Shown here one piece after another: positions 1-8,734 of a DNA stretch of 58,117 nt; positions within the stretch are counted from its first letter, which is position 1; each line of letters opens with the position of its first letter. This DNA is from an uncultured Gammaproteobacteria bacterium (GTDB lineage: Bacteria > Patescibacteriota > Microgenomatia > CAYGWK01), in contig CAZAPL010000006.1 in assembly GCA_964487495.1 (NCBI GenBank), forward strand, positions 1 through 58,117, written 5' to 3'. A program made the translations under genes and the position numbers. The notes beneath the pieces were generated by a model. It was given only the letters and a program-made list of their open reading frames with translations. It searched no databases and was not told the DNA's origin.

Positions 1-50
1 CCTGGAGTGACCAAAAGATAGCCCGCAGGGCAATAATGAATAAATAATAT

Positions 51-1412
51 TTAGGCAATTAGTGATTGGATTTTTGCCAAAGACCGATGAAAGTCAATAA
101 TTATTTTTTCTTTGGTAGAATTGGGGTAGAAACAAGCCAAACGAAGTCGTGGTAGAGAAGCGGTAAGGAGGATTTCTCTTTCTTTTTTCATTGCCTTTAA
201 TTTTTTTGGGGGGGCGGAAAGATTTGTTTTTTTTAATCTTTCTGCAAGGCCATGTTCTTCAATAGGTTTTTTTTCATCAGAAATTTTAATTGCAGTTGAT
301 AAAATTTTGATTGCATCTATTAAGTCGCTGATTTTTATTTCTTCAGACACAATTTCACCTTCGTCTCCTAAATTATGTTTATGGCGATTAGGAATTACTA
401 AAGTAGCAATATTACTTGAAATATTGAAAAGCGAAAGAGCCGTGCCTTCACTTGTGCCACTTGAAATAGTGTGTTGATAATTAATATTATTTTTTTTGCA
501 GGCGCTTAAAAGAAGTTCTTCGGCTAAATTTTTCTCTAGATAACCTTGACCAAAAACCAAGTTAGAGTCTGTTATTTTTATAAGTACTCCACTTTCATAA
601 TTAGGTTTGGGTAGGGCAAATTTCTTTAGGATCTCTTTTTGATTATCGTCAATTTCAGATTCCATTGCCTCAAGGGCAATATAAATCATTTCTTTTTTTA
701 AATCTTCAAAGGGCGTTTTTTTTCTTTTTGCGATGCCTGTCATTGAGATTTGTTTAATTTCTTCTATGTAAGAAAAAACGACAGTTAAGTCAACATTTTT
801 AAATTGATTCCTTTCTTCAATAACGTTTTTTAGGCACTGAAGAATAGCAGCGCTACAGGCGACATTATCAGCAGTAAGCATCTTAATTTTTTCTTCTTCT
901 ATACAAATGAAAGGAAGATTGAATATTCCGTAAGAATTAGAAGGAATTTTGTCTTTGGTTTTGAGAAAAATGATAGGTTTGGTTTCTTCTTTTGAGATTT
1001 CAGTTATAAAAGCATTGGTGGTAATTAATTTTCCATTTGGTCCATAGATTTTTAAAGGGATATTTTCTTTTTCGATGTATTTTTTAAGTCTGGTTATTCC
1101 TATGCTACCAAGAGCAATTCCTTCCTTAGAATTTTTTATGGCAAAACCAGGATGGTCTAGATGGGAGGAAATGATTAAAGAAAAATTTGGCTTCCCGCGT
1201 CTGATTTTAGCGTAGGTAGCCAGTTCATCAGAGGCAAAAAAACACCCCTCCTTTTTTTTGTGAAATCTAGAATGGTAGCGAGTAAATCCTATTTCTTGAA
1301 GGCGCTTTTCAATTTCTTTCTTGGCAATTTTATAAAGATAGGGTACATTGGGAATTTCTCCAAGATTTCTTAAATTCTTTAAAAAATAAGGGGAGATTTT
1401 AGATTTTCTCAC
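51..1412 (-). CDS. M42-family (FrvX-like, clan MH) metallopeptidase-like protein with an extra C-terminal ~80 aa
   Basis: 453-aa ORF. SSHLDHPGF, TADNVACSAA, SYIEEI, SGTSEGTA and IPNRHKHN occur in the order of the metal-ligand motifs of M42 aminopeptidases. Confidence 0.55.
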   Translation of the reverse strand: MRKSKISPYFLKNLRNLGEIPNVPYLYKIAKKEIEKRLQEIGFTRYHSRFHKKKEGCFFASDELATYAKIRRGKPNFSLIISSHLDHPGFAIKNSKEGIALGSIGITRLKKYIEKENIPLKIYGPNGKLITTNAFITEISKEETKPIIFLKTKDKIPSNSYGIFNLPFICIEEEKIKMLTADNVACSAAILQCLKNVIEERNQFKNVDLTVVFSYIEEIKQISMTGIAKRKKTPFEDLKKEMIYIALEAMESEIDDNQKEILKKFALPKPNYESGVLIKITDSNLVFGQGYLEKNLAEELLLSACKKNNINYQHTISSGTSEGTALSLFNISSNIATLVIPNRHKHNLGDEGEIVSEEIKISDLIDAIKILSTAIKISDEKKPIEEHGLAERLKKTNLSAPPKKLKAMKKEREILLTASLPRLRLACFYPNSTKEKIIIDFHRSLAKIQSLIA

Positions 1413-1458
1413 AGGAGATAATTATATCAATTATAATTTAGAAAATAAATTGAAACGA

Positions 1459-1467
1459 TGATAAAAT
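1459..1467 (+). promoter_or_regulatory. Extended -10 box TGaTAAAAT ending 7 nt before the ATG at 1475
   Basis: Read directly: gaTGaTAAAATttgcttaATG. No Shine-Dalgarno between the box and the start codon. Confidence 0.3.
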
Positions 1468-1474
1468 TTGCTTA

Positions 1475-2284
1475 ATGTCTCAAAAGACTTATTGTAATGG
1501 AGTTTTAGAGACTAATATTTCAATTGAAAGAGTAGATTTGAAAAATAAAAAAACGCCGTGGGCTATTATTTCAATTATTCAGAGAGAATTTTGCCCCAAC
1601 GAAGATTTGCTGGAGATTTTGAAAAGATATCAGGAGTTAACAAAGAGTGATGGGTTAAAAGTAGTTTCTTCTGACGAAACATCAAGAGGAGCAGAAGTTT
1701 ATTTTTTAGGCAGGAGGGAAAAGCCGTTGGGAGTTTTAGATTTGCGTTTTTATAAATTTACCATCATCTCTCCCCAATTATATTTAACTGAAGAGATTGA
1801 TGAAGGAGAAAGGACTTCTTATTTAAGATTGAAGAGGTTTGGGGAGATTATAGATGAGGGGGATAAACTAGATGTGGTTGGAGAGATTGCTTATTATGCA
1901 ATTGTTGAAGAGGAACGCGGGAAAGGTTTTGGGAGAATGCTTTTTGAATATGGAGTTAATAGGATAAGAAAGATAATTGGAGGCAAGGGGTTATTGTTGG
2001 TTATTGCCAAAACTAATTTGACTAATTATGAGAATGGAAGGGTAATTACAAAATATCTTTTAAGTCGGGAGGAAGAAATAAATGGTAAAGATAATCAAGG
2101 TAGAGTTATTATTAAAGGTATTCCCATATCTACTGAGGACATAAGACGTTCAACGGGTATTGACTGCGTTGGTTTTCATAGGGGGAGGTTGAATTATCCG
2201 ACTTCTCATTTGGCTATAAGTTTTGGAATGAAATTTATTTGCTATTCAAAAAATCTTAGTTCGGTTTTTGTTTTATATCTTTAA
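1475..2284 (+). CDS. GNAT-like acetyltransferase-domain protein, function unknown
   Basis: 269-aa ORF with an acetyl-CoA motif-A-like IVEEERGKGFGRMLFEYGV. The N-terminal ~130 aa and an internal insertion have no motif I recognise. Confidence 0.45.
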   Translation: MSQKTYCNGVLETNISIERVDLKNKKTPWAIISIIQREFCPNEDLLEILKRYQELTKSDGLKVVSSDETSRGAEVYFLGRREKPLGVLDLRFYKFTIISPQLYLTEEIDEGERTSYLRLKRFGEIIDEGDKLDVVGEIAYYAIVEEERGKGFGRMLFEYGVNRIRKIIGGKGLLLVIAKTNLTNYENGRVITKYLLSREEEINGKDNQGRVIIKGIPISTEDIRRSTGIDCVGFHRGRLNYPTSHLAISFGMKFICYSKNLSSVFVLYL

Positions 2285-2361
2285 AACGCAAATTAACGAC
2301 GTCTTTACAACGGGTAGTTCAGAATTATATTGGAAGTTTTAGATGTTTATCCAATGAGTGC

Positions 2362-2390
2362 TTGTCTTTCTTAAAAATTTCCGTTATACT
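2362..2390 (+). promoter_or_regulatory. sigma70-like promoter TTGTCT-17-TATACT, 10 nt upstream of ATG 2401
   Basis: TTGTCT at 2362-2367, TATACT at 2385-2390. The ORF-track TTG start at 2362 coincides with the -35 hexamer. Confidence 0.35.
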
Positions 2391-2400
2391 TTCTTTGAAA

Positions 2401-3432
2401 ATGGCGCTTTGTTTAGGACTTTTAATTTTTTCTTTTATCTTCACCAGTATTTTAGTTGTTCCTTTTATTAATCTTTTATATAATCTTAAATTTCAAAGAC
2501 TTGAGGAGAAACCAACGAGTAAGAAATTAGCAGCTACTTCCTTGTTCTTTAAAATGCATAAATCAAAGGCAGGAACGCCAGTTGGCGGAGGGCTTCTTAT
2601 AATCACTGTTGTTTTCCTTCTTTATATTTTTTTATTTCCTCTTCTTTCTTATCTTGGAGTTTATATTTCATCTGCCTTTTCTATAAAAGATGAATTAAAC
2701 ATCATCTTTTTTTCTTTTATTTCTTTTGGGCTTTTAGGGTTTTATGATGATGTGATGAAGTTTTTTGGTTTAGCCAAAAAGGGAATTTATGGCCTTCGGG
2801 CTCGCCACAAATTTTTAATTCAATGGATTTTGGGTTTTATTATTTCTTTTATGCTCTATTTTAACTTAAAAATTAATTTTGTTTATTTCCCAATTTTAGG
2901 AATAGTTAATTTGGGAATTTGGTATATTCCTTTTGCCGCTTTTACGATTGTCGCTTTTGCTAATGCTTTCAACATTACGGATGGTTTGGATGGTTTAGCC
3001 TGTGGACTTTTGGTGATTTTTCTTTTTGCTTTTTGGATTTTGTCTTATAAAATGTTTGATACTGTTTTGTCGGTTTTTATTCCTCTTTGGATTGGAGCAA
3101 TAATGGCCTTTTTGTATTTTAATGTTTATCCGGCAAGAATTTTTTTGGGAGATGTCGGTGCCTTATCGTTTGGGGCAACATTGGCGGTAATTGGTCTTTT
3201 GCTTGGGAAGGTTATGGCGGTGATTGTTATTGGCGGATTTTTTATTATCGAGGCAGCCTCAAGCCTTTTACAAATTATCAGTTTAAGATTTTTTAAAAGA
3301 AAAATTTTTCCTATTGCCCCCTTTCATTTAGCTCTTCAAGCCAGGGGTTGGGAAGAGCCGAAAATCGTCATGAGAGCCTGGCTTGCTCAAATAATGTTGG
3401 CTATTTTTGGTCTTTGGCTAGCGATGATTTAA
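2401..3432 (+). CDS. mraY: Phospho-N-acetylmuramoyl-pentapeptide transferase
   Basis: Polytopic membrane protein with NAFNITDGLDGLA and FLGDVGALSFG. The ORF opens at 2362 (TTG), but ATG 2401 (MALCLGLL...) is the more likely start. Confidence 0.9.
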   Translation: MALCLGLLIFSFIFTSILVVPFINLLYNLKFQRLEEKPTSKKLAATSLFFKMHKSKAGTPVGGGLLIITVVFLLYIFLFPLLSYLGVYISSAFSIKDELNIIFFSFISFGLLGFYDDVMKFFGLAKKGIYGLRARHKFLIQWILGFIISFMLYFNLKINFVYFPILGIVNLGIWYIPFAAFTIVAFANAFNITDGLDGLACGLLVIFLFAFWILSYKMFDTVLSVFIPLWIGAIMAFLYFNVYPARIFLGDVGALSFGATLAVIGLLLGKVMAVIVIGGFFIIEAASSLLQIISLRFFKRKIFPIAPFHLALQARGWEEPKIVMRAWLAQIMLAIFGLWLAMI

Positions 3433-3463
3433 TAAAAGTTTTTCTTGGGAACCTTTTTGACCT

Positions 3464-4552
3464 ATGGTTTTTTTAAAATCTCAAATTGCAAAAATTGATA
3501 AATTGTTATTAGGTTTAGTTTTGTTTTTAACTCTTTTTGGGATTTTGATGATTTACGAGGCTTCGTCAATTACCGCTCTTAGAGATTTTAAGGATAGTTT
3601 TTTTTACGTAAAACAGCAATCTCTTGGTTTCCTAGTTGGTTTATTTTTTTTATTTTTAACCTCAAAATTTGATTATCGAAAATTTAGAAAATTAGCCCCA
3701 TTTTTAATGATTTGTTCGATATTAACTCTTATATTAGTGCTTATTCCTGGTATTGGAATTAAAGTTTTAGGAGCAAGAAGATGGATGTCTTTAGGTCTTT
3801 TTAATTTTCAACCAGCAGAGTTAACAAAAATCATATTTATATTATATTTATCTTCAATTTTTTCTGAAAAGCCAAGATTTCCCTCTTTTCTTTTAGTTTC
3901 CGCAATAATTTCCCTTTTAATCATGCTTGAGCCGGATTTGGGGACAACGGTAATTTTGATTGTTTCAGGAATTTTTCTTTATTTTGTTGCCGGAGCATCC
4001 TTTTTAAATATATTAATTTTGGGAGTTTCTGGTATTTTGGGGGGGATTTTTTTGATTTTCCTTTCTCCCTACAGAAAAGAAAGGCTTTTGACATTTTTTG
4101 ATATTAATCGTGATCCCTTTGGTGCCAGTTATCATATAAAACAAGTTCTTTTATCTTTTGGGGTAGGAGGACTTTTTGGGGTTGGTTTGGGAGCCTCTCG
4201 ACAGAAATATGAATACCTTCCCGAGGCGATGACAGATTCGATTTTTGCAATAATAGGAGAAGAATTAGGTTTTATTGGGTGCGTAGTTTTGATTTTTATT
4301 TTTTTAGGAATAATTTATAGGGGTCTAAAAATTGCTAATTCTGCTCCCGATCGCTTTGGTCAACTTTTGGCAGTAGGGATTTCTTCTTGGCTTGGAATTC
4401 AATTTTTAGTAAACTTGGCAAGTCAGGTTGCTTTAATCCCTTTAACAGGTATTCCTCTTCCTTTTATTTCTTACGGAAGTTCTTCCTTAGTGGTTGCCTT
4501 AACCGGAGTGGGAATTTTGCTTAATATTTCAAAACAAGGGGTAAAAACTTAA
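3464..4552 (+). CDS. ftsW: SEDS-family peptidoglycan glycosyltransferase, FtsW by position
   Basis: QPAELTKI, EPDLGTT, LPEAMTDSIFAIIGEELGFIG, IPLPFISYGSSS. Lies between mraY and murG. Confidence 0.8.
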   Translation: MVFLKSQIAKIDKLLLGLVLFLTLFGILMIYEASSITALRDFKDSFFYVKQQSLGFLVGLFFLFLTSKFDYRKFRKLAPFLMICSILTLILVLIPGIGIKVLGARRWMSLGLFNFQPAELTKIIFILYLSSIFSEKPRFPSFLLVSAIISLLIMLEPDLGTTVILIVSGIFLYFVAGASFLNILILGVSGILGGIFLIFLSPYRKERLLTFFDINRDPFGASYHIKQVLLSFGVGGLFGVGLGASRQKYEYLPEAMTDSIFAIIGEELGFIGCVVLIFIFLGIIYRGLKIANSAPDRFGQLLAVGISSWLGIQFLVNLASQVALIPLTGIPLPFISYGSSSLVVALTGVGILLNISKQGVKT

Positions 4553-4625
4553 AATTGTTCAATTTTAATTGATGTTGGTTGATATTTTTAAATTTAGTCA
4601 AGGGAAAGGTAGTAGTTAAATCAGA

Positions 4626-4634
4626 TGATATAAT
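4626..4634 (+). promoter_or_regulatory. Extended -10 box TGaTATAAT, 11 nt upstream of the murG ATG
   Basis: cagaTGaTATAATttgtattaaggATG read directly. Confidence 0.3.
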
Positions 4635-4645
4635 TTGTATTAAGG

Positions 4646-5749
4646 ATGAAAAAAATTGTTATTACCGGTGGTCATTTAACTCCTGCTCATGCGCTAATTA
4701 ATGAATTAAAAAAAAGAGGAGGGTGGCAGATTCATTATTTAGGGAGGAAATATTCTTTTGAAGGAAAGAAGATTCTTTCGGCCGAGTTTAGAATAATTCC
4801 TTCTTTAGGAGTAAAATTTATTCCAATTACCACCGGCAGACTTCAAAGAAAATTTACTCGCTATACTATTTTTTCTCTCTTGAAAATTCCTTTTGGTTTT
4901 ATCCAGTCTTTCTATTATCTTTTTAAAATTAAGCCTGATGTTATTTGTTCTTTTGGGGGTTATGTTTCCGTTCCAATAGTTATCGCTGGTTTTATTTTGA
5001 GAATCCCAATTTTAACTCATGAACAAACAGTGGTTTTCGGATTGTCTTCTAAGATAAATTCTTTTTTTGCCTCAAAAATTGCTGTTTCCTTTCCTGAAAG
5101 TTTAAAATATTTTCCTAAAGATAAGGTAGTGTTGACAGGTAATCCGATTAGGGAAGAGGTTTTTAAAATTAAAAAGCCCTCATTTTTGTCTCCTTCTTTT
5201 TCTAAACCGTTTATTTATGTTACCGGAGGTAACCAGGGCTCGCAAACTATAAATAGGGTAATTTTAGAAATTCTTAAGCGTTTACTTAAGCAGTGTTCTG
5301 TCATTCACCAGTGTGGTAATTTAGATTACGAATTTGTTAGAAAAAGCACTTTAAATCTTGATCGAAGATTACGCTCCCGATATTTTTTAACTCCTTTTGT
5401 TGGTCCAGAAGATATTGGCTGGATTCTAAATAACGCAGATTTAGTAGTTTCGCGGGCGGGTGCAAATATAATCTGTGAGTTAGCCGCCTTAGGTAAACCG
5501 GCTTTACTTATTCCTATTCCCTGGACATATCAAGACGAACAGACAAAAAATGCACTTTTTCTTTCTAAAACTGGTTTAGCAGAAATTTTACCGGAAAAAG
5601 AATTAACAGGAGATAGCCTTTTTCTAAAAATAACTGAAATGTTGGGAAATATTTCAAAATATCGAAAGAAAGGCGCTATTGCCAAAAAATTAATTAAGAA
5701 AGATGCTGCTCAAAAGATTGTTAAGGAGTTATATGCTTTGGCAAAATAA
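4646..5749 (+). CDS. murG: UDP-GlcNAc:lipid I N-acetylglucosaminyltransferase
   Basis: ITGGHLTPAHAL, VTGGNQGS, SRAGANIICELAALGKPALLIP, QDEQTKNA; dcw synteny. Confidence 0.85.
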   Translation: MKKIVITGGHLTPAHALINELKKRGGWQIHYLGRKYSFEGKKILSAEFRIIPSLGVKFIPITTGRLQRKFTRYTIFSLLKIPFGFIQSFYYLFKIKPDVICSFGGYVSVPIVIAGFILRIPILTHEQTVVFGLSSKINSFFASKIAVSFPESLKYFPKDKVVLTGNPIREEVFKIKKPSFLSPSFSKPFIYVTGGNQGSQTINRVILEILKRLLKQCSVIHQCGNLDYEFVRKSTLNLDRRLRSRYFLTPFVGPEDIGWILNNADLVVSRAGANIICELAALGKPALLIPIPWTYQDEQTKNALFLSKTGLAEILPEKELTGDSLFLKITEMLGNISKYRKKGAIAKKLIKKDAAQKIVKELYALAK

Positions 5750-6146
5750 AAATAAAAAAAGAAAAAGATTAAAAAAAAGAAAATTATTAATATTATTGGC
5801 GATTTTTTCTTTTTTGGGAATATTATTAGGTTTATGGAAATTAGAGGGGGGAGATTTTTACTTATTAAAAAGAGAAAAAATTTTTATTCCAGTTCTTCCG
5901 CCAACAGAGGAGGAGAGATTAAAAGAACTTCTTTCTAGTTCCGGGTTAGAATTAAGATCTATTGAGTCCTCTGGTGATTATTTTAAAGTTAATGTTTCGG
6001 GTAATTTGCTTATTCTTTTTTCTAAAAAAAGAGAATATTTAGATCAGATTGCCTCTTTACAATTTATTCTTAATCGGTCTAAAATAGAAGGAAGAATACC
6101 AAAAAAAATAGATTTGCGGTTTACTAATCCTATTTTGACGTATTAA
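5733..6146 (+). CDS. Small bitopic membrane protein in the FtsQ/DivIB position
   Basis: Basic N-terminus, one TM segment (LLILLAIFSFLGILLGLW) and a ~90-aa outside domain, located between murG and ftsA. Much shorter than canonical FtsQ. The ORF opens at 5703; ATG 5733 is likelier. Confidence 0.4.
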   Translation: MLWQNKNKKRKRLKKRKLLILLAIFSFLGILLGLWKLEGGDFYLLKREKIFIPVLPPTEEERLKELLSSSGLELRSIESSGDYFKVNVSGNLLILFSKKREYLDQIASLQFILNRSKIEGRIPKKIDLRFTNPILTY

Positions 6147-6182
6147 AATTTAATGTAATAAAATAATAAGAGAGAGAAAAAT

Positions 6183-7472
6183 ATGCCTAAAATAATTGCA
6201 GGAATTGATGTTGGTAGTTCCAAAATTGCCACTATTATTGCTCAATATTCTCCAGAAGAGGCAAAAATAAATATTATTGGCTCATCTTCAGTCCCTTCTT
6301 CCGGTATCCAAAAAGGCCAGATTGTTAATATTGAAGAGGCAGTAGAAGGAATTATTTCTTCTGTTGAAAGAGCGGAGAGGATGGCGGGTTATTCTCTATC
6401 TCGAGTTTTTATCTCTGTTGGCGGGGCTCATATTGCTTCTCAAAACTCAAAAGGCGTGGTGGCGGTGGCTGAACCTGAGGGGGAAATTACCTCAGAGGAC
6501 GTAAAGCGAGTAATTGAGGCGGCTCGTGCCGTATCTCTTCCTTCTTCGCGGGAAATTATTCATTGTATTCCCCGCTTTTTTACCGTTGATGCCCAGGAAG
6601 GAGTCAAGGATCCCTTAGGAATGAGCGGGGTTCGTTTAGAAGTAGAAACTCATCTTATTACTGGATCTTCAACGGCAATTAAAAATTTGGTTAAATGCGT
6701 AAGTGAAGTTGGGGCAGATGTTGAGGGTTTGGTTTTTGGGGGGATTGCTGCCTCTGAAGCCGTTTTAACCGAAACCGAAAAAGAATTAGGCGTAGTTTTG
6801 GTAGATATTGGTGGGGGAACCACAAAAATTGTAATTTTCTTAGAAGGAGCACCAGCCTATACTTCGGTATTGCCAATTGGGGCAAGAAATGTCACTAATG
6901 ATTTGGCAATTGGTTTAAGTCTTTCAATCGAAGCTGCAGAAAAACTGAAAATTTATTTATCGGAAAAGAAAAAAGAAACTGTTCTTCCGAGAGAAGATGA
7001 AAAAGAAAAAAAAGACTTAGATGAAATTAATCTTTGGGAAATTGGGATTGAAGGTGAAGGGAAGACAGTTTCGCGGAAAACTTTAGTTGAGGGGATTATT
7101 AAACCACGATTAAATGAGATTTTCACGATGGTTGGTTTGGAGATTAAAAAATCTGGTTTTGGAGGGATGACTCCCTCGGGATTAGTTCTAACTGGAGGGG
7201 GGGCATTGACGGTGGGAGTAATTGATTCTGTTAAAAGGACTCTTTCAATGCCCGTAAGAATTGGTTCTCCCAGTGGTGTTTTCGGCTTGGTTGATGACAT
7301 TTTAAGTCCAATTTACGCCTCTTTAGTTGGATTAGTTATTTACGGGGTAAAATCTCAAGGAGAAGAAACAGGAAGAATTTCTTTTGAGAAAATTTCCAGA
7401 ATTACTCAAAAAATTCCTGGCGAGGGGATTTATCGAAAATTAGTTAGTTTATTGAAGAAATTTTTGCCTTGA
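6183..7472 (+). CDS. ftsA: Cell division protein FtsA (actin-like ATPase)
   Basis: GIDVGSSKI, VLVDIGGGTTK, GLVLTGGGA; directly upstream of ftsZ. Confidence 0.9.
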   Translation: MPKIIAGIDVGSSKIATIIAQYSPEEAKINIIGSSSVPSSGIQKGQIVNIEEAVEGIISSVERAERMAGYSLSRVFISVGGAHIASQNSKGVVAVAEPEGEITSEDVKRVIEAARAVSLPSSREIIHCIPRFFTVDAQEGVKDPLGMSGVRLEVETHLITGSSTAIKNLVKCVSEVGADVEGLVFGGIAASEAVLTETEKELGVVLVDIGGGTTKIVIFLEGAPAYTSVLPIGARNVTNDLAIGLSLSIEAAEKLKIYLSEKKKETVLPREDEKEKKDLDEINLWEIGIEGEGKTVSRKTLVEGIIKPRLNEIFTMVGLEIKKSGFGGMTPSGLVLTGGGALTVGVIDSVKRTLSMPVRIGSPSGVFGLVDDILSPIYASLVGLVIYGVKSQGEETGRISFEKISRITQKIPGEGIYRKLVSLLKKFLP

Positions 7473-7480
7473 TTTTTTTG

Positions 7481-7489
7481 TGGTATAAT
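7481..7489 (+). promoter_or_regulatory. Extended -10 box TGgTATAAT upstream of ftsZ
   Basis: tttgTGgTATAAT, followed by a ~49-nt leader carrying a GGGGGA Shine-Dalgarno before ATG 7539. Confidence 0.35.
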
Positions 7490-7538
7490 TATTTATATTT
7501 AAAATTTTTAACTTCCCAACCTGCCCCAGGGGGAAAAT

Positions 7539-8681
7539 ATGGCACTAGTTAAACCTGATGTTGGTAGATTTGCAAAAATAAAAGTTTTAGGGATTGGAGG
7601 CGGTGGTTCTAATGCGGTGAACTCGATGATTTCAGAAGGGGAAATTCAGGGAGTTGACTTTTTGGCTATTAATACTGATGCCCAAGCCCTTCTTCAAAAT
7701 TTGGCTCCTATTAAAATTCAGATCGGAGAAAATTTAACAAGAGGTTTGGGAGTAGGAGGAGATCCCGAATTAGGAAGGCAGGCAGCCGAAGAATCTCGGG
7801 AGAAGATTGCCCAACAATTAGTAGATACCGATATGGTTTTTATAACATATGGGGCAGGCGGAGGAACGGGAACTGGTGCAGGGCCGGTGGTTGCAGAGAT
7901 TGCCAAAGAGCAAGGGGCGTTAACAATTGCCGTGGTTACAAAACCTTTTGCGTTTGAAGGAACCAGAAGAATGGTTGTTGCCGAAGAAGGAATAGAAAAT
8001 TTAAAAGGCAAGGTTGATGCTTTAATTGTCATTCCTAATCAACGCCTTCTTGATTCGGTTGATAAAAAAATGACTCTTATTGAGGCTTTTAAAATTGCTG
8101 ATAGCGTTTTAGGGCAGGGAGTTCAAGGAATTTCTGATATAATTACTCTTCCTGGTTTGATAAACCGCGATTTTGCTGATGTTAAAAGTATTATGAAGAA
8201 CGCAGGTTCGGCTTTTATGGGAATTGGTACAGGAGTAGGAGAAAATCGAGCACAGACAGCAGCCAGAAATGCAATTTCTTCCCCTCTTTTGGAAGTTTCA
8301 ATTGATGGAGCAAAGGGAATTCTTTTTACTATAACTGGTGGTCCTGATTTGACGATAAGCGAAGTTGACGAAGCCGCAAAAATAATTTCCCAAAAGGCAG
8401 AGGCAGACGCCAATATTATTTTTGGAGCAACAATTAGTGAAAGAATGGTTGATCAAGTAAAAATTACTGTTATTGCCACCGGTTTTGATGAAAGTAAAAT
8501 GCGTTTGGCAAAATTTATAACGCCAGGGAAAATTATATCTTCTGAAGAAATAGCCCCCTCTTCTAAAAGAGAAAAAGAGGTAATAACGCCTCCCGAAGAG
8601 GAAATACCTCCTTCAGAAATTCCTCCCGAGGAATTGGGAGAGCAATTTGAAATCCCTGCTTTTTTAAGACAGGGAAGATAG
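7539..8681 (+). CDS. ftsZ: Cell division GTPase FtsZ
   Basis: [27 protein letters not shown], and the C-terminal peptide EIPAFLRQ. Confidence 0.97.
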   Translation: MALVKPDVGRFAKIKVLGIGGGGSNAVNSMISEGEIQGVDFLAINTDAQALLQNLAPIKIQIGENLTRGLGVGGDPELGRQAAEESREKIAQQLVDTDMVFITYGAGGGTGTGAGPVVAEIAKEQGALTIAVVTKPFAFEGTRRMVVAEEGIENLKGKVDALIVIPNQRLLDSVDKKMTLIEAFKIADSVLGQGVQGISDIITLPGLINRDFADVKSIMKNAGSAFMGIGTGVGENRAQTAARNAISSPLLEVSIDGAKGILFTITGGPDLTISEVDEAAKIISQKAEADANIIFGATISERMVDQVKITVIATGFDESKMRLAKFITPGKIISSEEIAPSSKREKEVITPPEEEIPPSEIPPEELGEQFEIPAFLRQGR

Positions 8682-8697
8682 AACGTCGGTCGATCTC

Positions 8698-8725
8698 TTG
8701 AAAAAGGAATCATTTTTTGTAAAAT
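8698..8725 (+). promoter_or_regulatory. sigma70-like promoter TTGAAA-16-TAAAAT, 9 nt upstream of the ileS ATG
   Basis: TTGAAA at 8698-8703, TAAAAT at 8720-8725. Only aaggtttat lies before ATG 8735. Confidence 0.3.
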
Positions 8726-8734
8726 AAGGTTTAT